NCBI GenBank assembly: GCA_050331735.1
Contig: JBHJGN010000011.1
Coordinates: forward strand, 224,001-288,000
Direction of reading: 5' to 3'
Source of the DNA: Cyanophyceae cyanobacterium
Lineage (GTDB): Bacteria > Cyanobacteriota > Cyanobacteriia > Cyanobacteriales > JBHJGN01
Length of the DNA: 64,000 bases
Every line of letters begins with the position of its first letter. Positions within the stretch are counted from its first letter, which is position 1. The translations under genes were made by a program, and so were the position numbers. The notes below the pieces were generated by a model. The model was not told the DNA's origin. It worked only from the letters and a program-made list of their open reading frames with translations, and ran no database searches. Shown here piece after piece: positions 32,201-41,175 of the stretch.

Positions 32201-32588
32201 CCAATCTGAATCAAGGAGCACAATTAAATTGGCTTTTGCCTCTTGAGCTCAGGAGAGGAAAATCTAAAAAATTTCTAAAATTAGCCGAACAGCCCTATCA
32301 AATAGCTTATTATATCAAACTTAGATTAGAAAAAAGCGATCCCTATTGTGCTGGTCTTCTGCTTTCGCTCGTTCTGATATCGGTAGTAACACCGAGGTCA
32401 AGCTAAGCTTTAAGTTCCGCCTCAGTAAATTCCCGAGTTTACAGCTTCTTCCTCAAATTTTTATAGTTGAGATATAGCTCAGTATCTAGCCAAAAAGATT
32501 ATCACGGCTTCCTTAAAAACTAGTATTAAAGCCTAAAACGGCTACTAAACGAGATTAGTAACAAGCAACATTGAAAACTCCTATAAAA

Positions 32589-32765
32589 ATGACACACACT
32601 ATCAGCTACCGAGAGGATCTAATTGAACGACTTCAGGATCCAGAATATGCTGCAATCTATCTAGAAGAGCATTTAAAAAAAGATGAATATAAAAACGATC
32701 CTGAGTTGTTTAAATTAGCTCTTAGTAATGTGCTAGTAGCATTTGGAAAAGCTAAAAGGCCTTAA
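32589..32765 (+). CDS. short addiction-module antidote-like protein (no HTH, possibly remnant)
   Basis: SYREDLIERLQDPEYAAIYLE...LALSNVLVA resembles the antidote N-terminus. AT-rich. Confidence 0.55.
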   Translation: MTHTISYREDLIERLQDPEYAAIYLEEHLKKDEYKNDPELFKLALSNVLVAFGKAKRP

Positions 32766-32798
32766 CAGCAAAGCAGGCTTTCTACTTTGTGGCCCCCG

Positions 32799-34523
32799 TT
32801 AGTAATGACTGCCAGAGGTACGATGGTGAACTGCCGTTACCCCCTCAGAACGCAATATCTGGCCCTGGTTAGCAATAGCATAAATTAACCAGTGGTCGCC
32901 GCACTCCATTCGGCTATCAACGCGACATTCAACATAAGCCAGAGCATCGCTTAGAACCGGGCATCCGGATTCGGATTCTCCGGTCTTAACCCCGGCAAAC
33001 CGATCTTCTCCAGGGGCGAAAGGTTTGAGGAAGTGCTTCATCAAGCCAAGGTGCTTGCCTTCTTCAAGAATATTAAGCACAAAGTGTTCTCCCGAATGCA
33101 GTAGCGATTCGATCGCCCGTTCCTTCGCGACCGCCACCGTCAGTCCTGGTGGATTGAAGGTGGCTTGGGACACCCAAGAGGCCAGCATTCCTCCAGATAA
33201 CTCGCCTTGTTGCGTCGTGACGACACACAAAGACCCTACGACTCTTCCTAATGCCTGTTCGGTGCGGGCCGCTTGAGAAGCACTGGCCGACTGTTTAGGC
33301 TTGCGGGTTTTCTGGGCTTTTTTGAGGGCTTGAGCAAAATCTGTTCCTGCTTCTTCACAGGTTTTGAGAATCATATCGGTGGGCTTAAATTTGACGCGGA
33401 TTGGCTCAAAACCGAAGCGATAGCCAGCATCTTTAAACTTTCCTTCTAATAAATCAATTGCTTCTCCACTCCAGCCATAGGAACCAAAAACCCCGGCTAG
33501 TTTATTTTTATCGGCGTTAGCTAAGGTAATGCCTAGGGCCGTTTGAATTTGTGTGGGGGCGTGTCCGCCCAGAGTCGGGGAACCAAAGATAAATCCTGCT
33601 GCCTTGCTAACGGCGGCTTTAATTTCGTCGGAATCTGCCGCTTCGGCGTTAATCGATTCTACCCCGACTCCGGCTTTGGTGATGCCGCGAGCGATCGCCT
33701 GCGCTAGGGTGGCCGTATTGCCATAGGCAGACGCGTAGATGAGGGCAACGCTCAGAGACTGGCTTTTTTGCTGCTGCGCCCAGTCTCGATAAGCCGCCGT
33801 CATCTCTATCAAGCCGTAGCGAACGAGCGGACCGTGACCGGTGGCGTAGATTCTCGCCTGCTTATCAGATAGCTTATCTAAAATCGTTTCTACCTGCCGC
33901 GCATGGGGAGCCATCAAACAGTCAAAATAGTAGCGGCGGTCTTCTGTATAGACTCTCCAGCCTTCATCTAGCACCTGATCGCCGCAGACGTGCGCCCCAA
34001 AGAACTTGTCGGTGAAGAGAACCTCAGTTTTTGGGTCGTAGGTACAGAGTTCGTCAGGCCAGCGGGGAATCGGCGTAGGGATAAACTCTAATACGTGTCC
34101 TTGGCCTAAATCTAAGGTTTCGTCTCCTTTTATCACCTGAATATTAACCTGATCGGAGACGATATTTCGCAGCGCGATCGCTCCTGGATTTGAGCAGACA
34201 AAGGTAATGTCGGGATTTAACTCTAGTAGGGCTTTTAAGGTAACGCCTCGATTGGGGTTGACGTGACCTAAGATGACGTAATCAATTGTCTTCGGGTCGA
34301 TGCGTTCCTGAAGTGCTGCCAGAAAAATTTCTGTAAAGGATTCTCCTGGCGGATCGAGGAGGGCGATGCGATCGCCTTGAATTAAATATGAATTAGCGGT
34401 GGTTCCTTTGCCGAGGGCGTATTCAATCTCAAACTTGAGACGGTCCCAAGTGCGCGATCGCATCACCCACGTATCGTAGGCCAGCGGCAGAAATTGAACA
34501 TCTTTGGCTTTATTTAATTGCAT
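32799..34523 (-). CDS. flv1: flavodiiron protein Flv1-type
   Basis: Lactamase-like, flavodoxin and flavin reductase domains, with non-canonical GHVNPNR in place of the iron-ligand motif. Confidence 0.88.
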   Translation of the reverse strand: MQLNKAKDVQFLPLAYDTWVMRSRTWDRLKFEIEYALGKGTTANSYLIQGDRIALLDPPGESFTEIFLAALQERIDPKTIDYVILGHVNPNRGVTLKALLELNPDITFVCSNPGAIALRNIVSDQVNIQVIKGDETLDLGQGHVLEFIPTPIPRWPDELCTYDPKTEVLFTDKFFGAHVCGDQVLDEGWRVYTEDRRYYFDCLMAPHARQVETILDKLSDKQARIYATGHGPLVRYGLIEMTAAYRDWAQQQKSQSLSVALIYASAYGNTATLAQAIARGITKAGVGVESINAEAADSDEIKAAVSKAAGFIFGSPTLGGHAPTQIQTALGITLANADKNKLAGVFGSYGWSGEAIDLLEGKFKDAGYRFGFEPIRVKFKPTDMILKTCEEAGTDFAQALKKAQKTRKPKQSASASQAARTEQALGRVVGSLCVVTTQQGELSGGMLASWVSQATFNPPGLTVAVAKERAIESLLHSGEHFVLNILEEGKHLGLMKHFLKPFAPGEDRFAGVKTGESESGCPVLSDALAYVECRVDSRMECGDHWLIYAIANQGQILRSEGVTAVHHRTSGSHY

Positions 34524-34548
34524 AATCGATTAAATTAATGGTTTTTTC

Positions 34549-34628
34549 TTAATGGCGTTTCTTCAGCAGTTCAGGAAAATGCTTGAGATCGTCAATCGAC
34601 TAGGGTGCTGGATGAATTTTTCTAGGTT
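34549..34628 (-). pseudogene. fragment of a second DUF6887-like gene
   Basis: Translates PRKIHPAP*SIDDLKHFPELLKKRH*, versus PGEIFPAPQMLNDLKHFPELLKKHL in the 35091-35297 ORF. Confidence 0.75.
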
Positions 34629-34703
34629 GGCGGCAGATGACCTCTGCATCCTCACCAAGTTCTCTCTTCCATCTGTTGTAGCGCTCTGTTATTTCCTTCA
34701 TAC

Positions 34704-35059
34704 CTAAGTGCGTTTTTCTGAGCGTTCATCGTGAGCCAACGAGCCACTGTGAAGAATGCCTGCTAAAGCACGCTCGCGCCAAGGGAGCATCGAGTCGTAA
34801 AGGTCTAACTCTGTGTCCATGATCGACAGCAAAATACCTGTACTATAACGCTCAAGCTGACCTGTGATCACGCCATCGGCGCGAACAAAGAAGCTACCCC
34901 AGCAACTCTCTAGCGCTAATGAATTCGGGCAACTAATGGAAAGTGAGCTACATCAGCGCTTTGTTCCTGGGCATTCTTCATAAGCTGAGATACACACTGA
35001 AAGTTGCTGTTAATGTCAGCACTGGTAGGAAATTGACAGATGGCTATAAATAGCTTCAT
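34704..35059 (-). pseudogene. carbon-nitrogen hydrolase (nitrilase family) with internal deletion and frameshift
   Basis: MKLFIAICQFPTSADINSNF...ADVAHFP joined out of frame to a C-terminal segment ISCPNS..ESCWGSFFVRADGVITGQL...LYDS..WRERA..GILHSG. The catalytic middle is missing. Confidence 0.7.
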
Positions 35060-35090
35060 TTTTTGCTTTATATTGGCATAATTGCTTACT

Positions 35091-35297
35091 CTAACGGGAC
35101 TTATTTTGAAGATGTTTTTTTAACAGTTCAGGAAAGTGTTTAAGATCGTTAAGCATTTGCGGTGCTGGAAAAATTTCTCCAGGTTCAGCAGTAACTTTAT
35201 CCATATAGATATAAAAAGCCTCTTCATCTTCTCTATGCTCAAGAATATAGGCTCGTAGTTCTTGACGAGACATAGCTTTAAAATTAGGATTGCTCAT
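35091..35297 (-). CDS. DUF6887-like small protein
   Basis: MSNPNFKAMSRQELRAYILEHREDEEAFYIYMDK. ATGA overlap with the upstream gene. Confidence 0.75.
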   Translation of the reverse strand: MSNPNFKAMSRQELRAYILEHREDEEAFYIYMDKVTAEPGEIFPAPQMLNDLKHFPELLKKHLQNKSR

Positions 35298-35467
35298 AGA
35301 TATCTCCATTGTCCATCGGGAAAAATCAAGCTTTCTGTTTCTTCTCCTGCTAGAAAAAATACTTCATCTGTCCGTTCATCTACACGAACCAGATTAATGG
35401 GTAAGTACATTTTTGTTGCCCAGTAGCTGAGGATAAAGCAAGTTAGCATTTGTGCTGGAGTCGGAAT
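35294..35467 (-). CDS. DUF6888-like small protein
   Basis: Manual translation (I)PTPAQMLTCFILSYWATKMYLPINLVRVDERTDEVFFLAGEETESLIFPDGQWRYL*. SD AAGGAG precedes ATT at 35467. Confidence 0.7.
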   Translation of the reverse strand: MPTPAQMLTCFILSYWATKMYLPINLVRVDERTDEVFFLAGEETESLIFPDGQWRYL

Positions 35468-35478
35468 TGAATTTCTCC

Positions 35479-36006
35479 TTAGCTCATAGGTTTTTCTTTG
35501 AGCTGGTTTAACGCTTGCTGTTCAATAAAACTGCTTTTACCAACTTGATAAGCATCGCGGTCGCCCCCATATTGCTCCAACAACTTCAGCTTCAATTGCA
35601 CGTACTCTTGAGCCACTGCTGGGTGCTGAATTAAATAATCTCTAAACAGGATGTGTCCTTGCCAGTCCCAGCTTGTAATTTCCAAAATATGAACGTGATG
35701 AGTACGCGGTTCTCCTCGAGCAAAGAAGTGTCGGCGCGGGATACCGTTTTCCCCTCTGTAGCTGTAGCCAAGCTTCTCCATTGGTTTTATACAGACGGCG
35801 GCGGCTTCAAAATTCGCAACGGCAATACCGATATCCAAAATTGGTTTAGCAATGATGCCGGGAATAGACGTACTGCCGACATGCTGAATCTCTAAAACAT
35901 CACTACCAATAGCCGCCTGCAATCTCTGCTTTTCTTCCTCAAATAACTTTTGCCACTCTGGATTGTGGGGAATAAATTTCAGTTTTCCTCTTTCTAAACC
36001 AAGCAT
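35479..36006 (-). CDS. GrpB family nucleotidyltransferase-fold protein
   Basis: IQHVGSTSIPG..AKPILDI, RTHHVH and FRDYL..HP..A.EY..LK motifs. Confidence 0.9.
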   Translation of the reverse strand: MLGLERGKLKFIPHNPEWQKLFEEEKQRLQAAIGSDVLEIQHVGSTSIPGIIAKPILDIGIAVANFEAAAVCIKPMEKLGYSYRGENGIPRRHFFARGEPRTHHVHILEITSWDWQGHILFRDYLIQHPAVAQEYVQLKLKLLEQYGGDRDAYQVGKSSFIEQQALNQLKEKPMS

Positions 36007-36028
36007 GATTTATCGCTGGTTGTTTGTC

Positions 36029-36061
36029 ACTGGTCATTTGTGGTTGATCCAAATGACCAGT
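36029..36061. repeat. perfect 12-bp inverted repeat between flv3 and the GrpB gene
   Basis: ACTGGTCATTTG-9nt-CAAATGACCAGT. Confidence 0.7.
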
Positions 36062-36119
36062 AATAGAGAACAAAAAACTCAAGACTTAGGTTACCGTCGC
36101 TTTTTGTCGTTCAAGACCT

Positions 36120-37841
36120 TTAGTAATGATTACCAACTTTGCGATGGTGAACTGCTGTAATCGCGTCCGGGTTAGAAACGCGACCCGAATCTACTCGGCT
36201 ATACACAATCCAGTGGTCAGGGCAGTCCATGCGGCTGACGACTTCACACTCAATATAGGCGAGGGCATCGGTGAGGATGGGAGACCCATTTTGGGCCGTT
36301 TGCGTTTTTACTCCGGCAAAGCGGTCAGCACCGGGCTTAAAGCGCTTGAGAAAATGCTTCATCAGATGCTGATAGTTCCCCTCTTCGAGAATATTCAAGA
36401 CGAAGGTATCGCCGACCTGCATCAGCGATTCGATGGCCCGATCTTTGGCAACGGCAATGGTAATTCCTAAAGGTTCAAAGCTCGCTTGACTCACCCAAGA
36501 AGCCAGCATTGCGCTTTTAACATCGCCTTTTTGAGCAGTAATAATATACAGTCCGCCACTCAAGCGCCCCATCGCTTTGTCTAGATCGGTATCTAGCGAC
36601 TTCATCTGCTTGATGGCGCGATCGCGCATCAGCAACTGCCCTAAATCCGTTCCGGCTTCCTCGCACAGCTTGTAGGTTGCTTCACTCGGAGTCGCTTTGA
36701 TGCGAATGGCGGGAAATCCTTCCTTAAGACCCACATCCCGAAACTTGGTCAGTAGCGGATCGATCGGTTCGTCATCTTCTCCGTAGGATTCAAACATCCC
36801 AACTGTCTGCTTGTTGCTAGCCGCTGCTAAGGCGGTGCCTACATTCTTAGTAATGGCTTCTGTGTTGGCGATTGGCGGCATTCCTAAAACAATCCCTGCT
36901 GCCCGACTAACGAGTTCGTGAACATCTTGCGGATCGGCAGATTTCAGGTCAATCATCTCCACCGCCACCTCAGTTTTCGTGATGCCCTTGGCAATGGCTT
37001 GGGAGAGGCGATCGCTGAATCCGTAGTCGGACACATAAAAAACAGCTACCATTTTTTCTGCTTTGGCCTGAGCCTGACTCCAGCTACGATAGCGACCAAT
37101 CAGTTCGTCAACGTTGTGCCGCAGCAGAGGACCGTGACCGTTTGCCACCGTCACGACCTCCCCGAGCTTATCCATCCTCTTAAGGGCAGACAGCACGGAG
37201 CGAGCGTTGGGAGCCATCAAACAGTCATAATAGAAGCGATAATCGGCTTCAATAGCTGTTAAATCTTCGTCGTAGAGATTATCTGAGCAGTAGTGCATGC
37301 CAAAGGCATCGCAGGTAAATAGGGTCTGCGTTTCGTGGTCGTAGGTAAAGATGGTGTCGGGCCAGTGGAGGTTGGGCGCATTGACAAATTCTAAGACGTG
37401 ACCGTTGCCCAAGTCTAGCTGGTCGCCGTTTTTCACAATCTTGCGCTCAAAGGGCTGATGGATTAAATCTTCTAAAAATTGAATCGCCACTTTCGCCCCC
37501 ACTACCACAGCTTGAGGCGCTAGCTGAAGGACATCTTTAACTAAACCGCTGTGATCGGGTTCTGTATGACTAATAATTAAATAATCAATTTCTGTGGGGT
37601 CGATTAAACCCGTTAATGTATCTAGATAAAGCTGACGAAATTTTTCGTGGGAGGTGTCTATGAGGGCCGTTTTTTCCCCGCGAACAATAAAGGAGTTGTA
37701 GGTGGTGCCGTTCTGTAAGCCAAACTCAATATCAAAGCGATCGCGGTCCCAATCGAGGGAGCGAATTGTGGTCGTCTGTGCCACAACCTCTGCCGTTTGT
37801 ATTGTTAACCGGTTAGTGGTTTGTATCGGCGTTGCTACCAT
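36120..37841 (-). CDS. flv3: flavodiiron protein Flv3-type
   Basis: Canonical SHTEPDHSG, LHWPD, CDAFG and GHG diiron ligands, plus a C-terminal flavin reductase domain. Confidence 0.9.
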   Translation of the reverse strand: MVATPIQTTNRLTIQTAEVVAQTTTIRSLDWDRDRFDIEFGLQNGTTYNSFIVRGEKTALIDTSHEKFRQLYLDTLTGLIDPTEIDYLIISHTEPDHSGLVKDVLQLAPQAVVVGAKVAIQFLEDLIHQPFERKIVKNGDQLDLGNGHVLEFVNAPNLHWPDTIFTYDHETQTLFTCDAFGMHYCSDNLYDEDLTAIEADYRFYYDCLMAPNARSVLSALKRMDKLGEVVTVANGHGPLLRHNVDELIGRYRSWSQAQAKAEKMVAVFYVSDYGFSDRLSQAIAKGITKTEVAVEMIDLKSADPQDVHELVSRAAGIVLGMPPIANTEAITKNVGTALAAASNKQTVGMFESYGEDDEPIDPLLTKFRDVGLKEGFPAIRIKATPSEATYKLCEEAGTDLGQLLMRDRAIKQMKSLDTDLDKAMGRLSGGLYIITAQKGDVKSAMLASWVSQASFEPLGITIAVAKDRAIESLMQVGDTFVLNILEEGNYQHLMKHFLKRFKPGADRFAGVKTQTAQNGSPILTDALAYIECEVVSRMDCPDHWIVYSRVDSGRVSNPDAITAVHHRKVGNHY

Positions 37842-37947
37842 ATCCCTCTCCTTAGCTATTTTTCTTTCATTGTGACACGCTCGCTTAGTAACGAAATATT
37901 AAAAAACTTATAGTTGAGCGAAGTGACGTTTAATCTGAGTCTTGCTC

Positions 37948-38667
37948 ATGGATAACTCCGCTAAGAAAGACTGGCTAGGCTTGATGATCGGCAACTCCAG
38001 GCTGCACTGGGCCAAGTTTCACCAGAAAACTCTCATACAGACCTGGAACAGCCCCCATCAATCGACCGCCGCAGCAGCAACGCCTCTCGACCGCTTACCG
38101 TTATACATTGCCTCAGTCGTGCCTCAGCAAACAGCTCTTTGGCAAGCTTATCCTCGGGCAAGAGTAATTACTTTAGCCGATATTCCCCTACCAGGACTGT
38201 ATCAAACAATGGGCATCGATCGCGCTTTAGCTCTGTGGGGGGCCGTTTCTACTGATAGGTGTCCCTGTTTGATCATCGATGCTGGTACTGCTTTAACTTT
38301 TACGGGGGCTAGCGAACAGAGGTTTGTTGGCGGTGCTATTTTACCAGGGTTGAGGCTACAGCTACAGTCCCTCACTCAAAAAACGGCAGCGCTACCAGCA
38401 GTACAGATCCAAAACTTACCGCAGCGATGGGCAGTAGAGACATCTGAGGCAATTAGCAGCGGCGTTCTATATACTCTACTAGCAGGCCTCAAAGATTTTA
38501 TCCAAGACTGGCAACAGCAGTATCTAGACAGTCAAATTCTCCTCACTGGCGGCGATGCCACTGTGCTCATGCACTTTGTTCAGGTACAGTTTCCAGAAGT
38601 AGCGGCAGCAATCAAAATAGATGCTAATTTAATTTTTTGGGGAATGCGATCGCTCGTTGCACAATAA
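37948..38667 (+). CDS. coaX: type III pantothenate kinase
   Basis: IGNSRLHW, ASVVP, MGIDR, IIDAGTALT, GGAILPG and LTGGD motifs. Confidence 0.92.
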   Translation: MDNSAKKDWLGLMIGNSRLHWAKFHQKTLIQTWNSPHQSTAAAATPLDRLPLYIASVVPQQTALWQAYPRARVITLADIPLPGLYQTMGIDRALALWGAVSTDRCPCLIIDAGTALTFTGASEQRFVGGAILPGLRLQLQSLTQKTAALPAVQIQNLPQRWAVETSEAISSGVLYTLLAGLKDFIQDWQQQYLDSQILLTGGDATVLMHFVQVQFPEVAAAIKIDANLIFWGMRSLVAQ

Positions 38668-38791
38668 GCAAAGAAAGTGAATGCCATTTCAGCATATCTT
38701 TAGAGCAATAATCTGATTAAGGATGTAGAAATGACGCTGGCGGTAGTTAAATAGGCGATCGCCTCGTGTCGATGCTCCTTGCCTAAGAGCA

Positions 38792-39118
38792 TTACAGCGT
38801 CTCGTCGCAGTTTCGTGCTGGTAACACAGAGGTGAAACGTCGATACTCAGACAAATACTGCTCTAAGTGCACAAACTGAGGGAGGTTCAGACTGTAGTAA
38901 ATCCAACGTCCTTGCTGACGAGCGCGGACTAAATTAGCCTCTTTAAGGGTTTTTAAATGAAAAGACAGTTTAGATTGAGGAGTCCCTAGTTGCTCACAAA
39001 GTTCGCAAACGCACAGCTCCTGAGAACGCAGCCGTTCCAATACCTGAATTCTAATCGGATCGGAGAGAGCGCGAAATCCAGCCATCAAAGAAGACGAGGG
39101 CAATATTGTTTGAACCAT
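38792..39118 (-). CDS. ArsR/SmtB family transcriptional regulator
   Basis: FRALSDPIRIQVL, ELCVCEL, QSKLSFHLK.L and QGRWIYYSL motifs. Confidence 0.92.
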   Translation of the reverse strand: MVQTILPSSSLMAGFRALSDPIRIQVLERLRSQELCVCELCEQLGTPQSKLSFHLKTLKEANLVRARQQGRWIYYSLNLPQFVHLEQYLSEYRRFTSVLPARNCDETL

Positions 39119-39245
39119 TGATCCATATAAAGCAAAAATTCCCAATCCTGTTTATTGTACAGGGATCAGATTGAGGCTTGAGAGTTCCACAGTCACCTTC
39201 AGCAAACGATGACTCCATCAACAGCAAACCAAACAAAATTGATGG

Positions 39246-40025
39246 TTAACCACTGACAATTCCAGACCACTGCACCTGTTTCTGCTGGCTGCGACGGTAG
39301 GAAAAGAAATACTTTGGTTGCTGATAGGTACAGTAAGGAGCGATCGCCATTTGTTCATCTCTAATCCCCATCTGTTGAAGCTGGAGAGCATTAACTTGCC
39401 GGACATCGATCCGCACTTTCCCCGGTTGCGGATCTCTGAGTAGTGGCGATCGCGGAAGATGCCAGAGAGCTTCTAAAACGTCTTCTAAAGCAGGGAAGAT
39501 GCTGGCACCGATTTCTGCCGCGACAGATTCAGAAACCTGATAAACTTCCCCAGCAATCGCTGGTCCCATGGCAATGCGAAGGTTCTCTAGCGCACTACCA
39601 GCAGTGAGAAATTGAGCGATCGCTTCAGGCACAATCCGCTGTGCCGTTCCTCGCCAGCCAGCATGAACTGCCGCCGCTTGCCCAGTCTTCACATCCCCAA
39701 TCAGAACCGGAGTACAGTCAGCACTGGCAACCCACACCGCCTGCTGTTCGGCATCCGTAACGACTCCATCAGCAGGAGGAAAACTCTCCTGCGTAAGCGC
39801 TTGGGCTTTGGTCACAGACAGTACCACCTTTCCATGCACCTGCTGGACGCGGTAAGCGTGAGCTTCGGGGTGTAAAACCGCGACTAACTCCTCTGGAGGG
39901 CAACCCCAGTGACGGGTAAAAAAGCCGTGCTGCCAGTCTTGCAGTAAGCTACAGGTTAAGTAAGACTTGTCATTGCCTTGCCACTGCCACTGAGAAGTTA
40001 GGGTTTGAGGATAAGTAGATACCAA
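39246..40025 (-). CDS. pgeF: YfiH/PgeF (laccase-like purine nucleoside phosphorylase) family
   Basis: QVHG, ADG, ADCTPVL, HAGWRG and CT...FFSYRR motifs. Confidence 0.9.
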   Translation of the reverse strand: MVSTYPQTLTSQWQWQGNDKSYLTCSLLQDWQHGFFTRHWGCPPEELVAVLHPEAHAYRVQQVHGKVVLSVTKAQALTQESFPPADGVVTDAEQQAVWVASADCTPVLIGDVKTGQAAAVHAGWRGTAQRIVPEAIAQFLTAGSALENLRIAMGPAIAGEVYQVSESVAAEIGASIFPALEDVLEALWHLPRSPLLRDPQPGKVRIDVRQVNALQLQQMGIRDEQMAIAPYCTYQQPKYFFSYRRSQQKQVQWSGIVSG

Positions 40026-40216
40026 AAGCGTACACCTCGTGCTGAATTGAACAGAATGTAGAACCGACGCAGCTAATCAAGAAAGGGTGACAAGAAGTGT
40101 CGAGAACAACTTACTTCGTCGTTAATGGCAACTTGTCTTGACCTCAGCTTTCCTTGGTCGATTCTAGATTTTAGTGATGAGTATTAGATGAATCGTTGAT
40201 TATTTTGTCTTCACCT

Positions 40217-41023
40217 ATGGTAGCTGACCCAACAAAAACAGTAGCAAGTTTCTTTCTGTGGCAGGAATATCGGGATATGATGATGAAACTTCCTGCTAAT
40301 CAGGCAAGAAGGATTCCTGTGCATATTTATAACACCATCTCTTCAACAAACGAAAAACTGTGGGAAATTGTGGCTCGAGGAGAAATCCCCGCAGCGGCAA
40401 TCGCTCGCTCTCAAACCGCCGGACGGGGGCAGTGGGGTAGACAGTGGCAATCTCCACCAGGCGGACTATATCTATCTGTGGCTTTAAATACTCACATTCG
40501 AGCAGCCGATGCTGCTCATCTCACTTTCTTGAGTACCTGGGGAGTGGCTAACGCCCTGCGTCACCACCACGTTCCTGTGCTGCTCAAATGGCCTAACGAT
40601 TTAATTTTACAAGGACGCAAGCTCGGTGGCATTAAGAGCGAGACTCGGTTAGACTCTGGGCAAATTACGCAAGCAGTCATTGGCATTGGCCTTAACTGGG
40701 CTAATCCAGTGCCAGCAGCGGGAATTAATTTACACCGCTTTCCAGGTCATCTAATTACGTCCCTAGAGGCGTTGGCGGCGATCGCTGTTTGGGGAGTATT
40801 TCAGGGCTACAGCCGTTACTTGTCTAGCGGCATTGACACTATTTTGGTTGAGTACCTCAAGCTCTTTGCAAGTCAAGGGCGGAGGATTGCGATTAATGGG
40901 AGCTCTGGAGTGGTGACAGGGGTAACTGCTCAGGGGAAGCTGTGCGTCCGCCTACAGTCTTCTGGAGCCGCCGCCGAAATTGAGCTAAGTCCTGGTGCTG
41001 TGAGCCTTGGTTACGAAATCTAA
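40217..41023 (+). CDS. birA: biotin--[acetyl-CoA carboxylase] ligase
   Basis: STN, QTAGRGQWGRQWQSP and KWPNDL...RKLGGI motifs. Start uncertain. Confidence 0.9.
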   Translation: MVADPTKTVASFFLWQEYRDMMMKLPANQARRIPVHIYNTISSTNEKLWEIVARGEIPAAAIARSQTAGRGQWGRQWQSPPGGLYLSVALNTHIRAADAAHLTFLSTWGVANALRHHHVPVLLKWPNDLILQGRKLGGIKSETRLDSGQITQAVIGIGLNWANPVPAAGINLHRFPGHLITSLEALAAIAVWGVFQGYSRYLSSGIDTILVEYLKLFASQGRRIAINGSSGVVTGVTAQGKLCVRLQSSGAAAEIELSPGAVSLGYEI

Positions 41024-41175
41024 AGATTCCGCATTGATTTTTTCCGATTTTCTATTTATTTTTTAGATCTAGCCAAGTTTCTCCTGCTGCAATTCGTTAT
41101 GATGAGTCAGCAAGTATTTGGTAGATGCCGATTGCTGTCTGTTTGATTTCTACTCACACAAAAAGCGAGCCCCAG

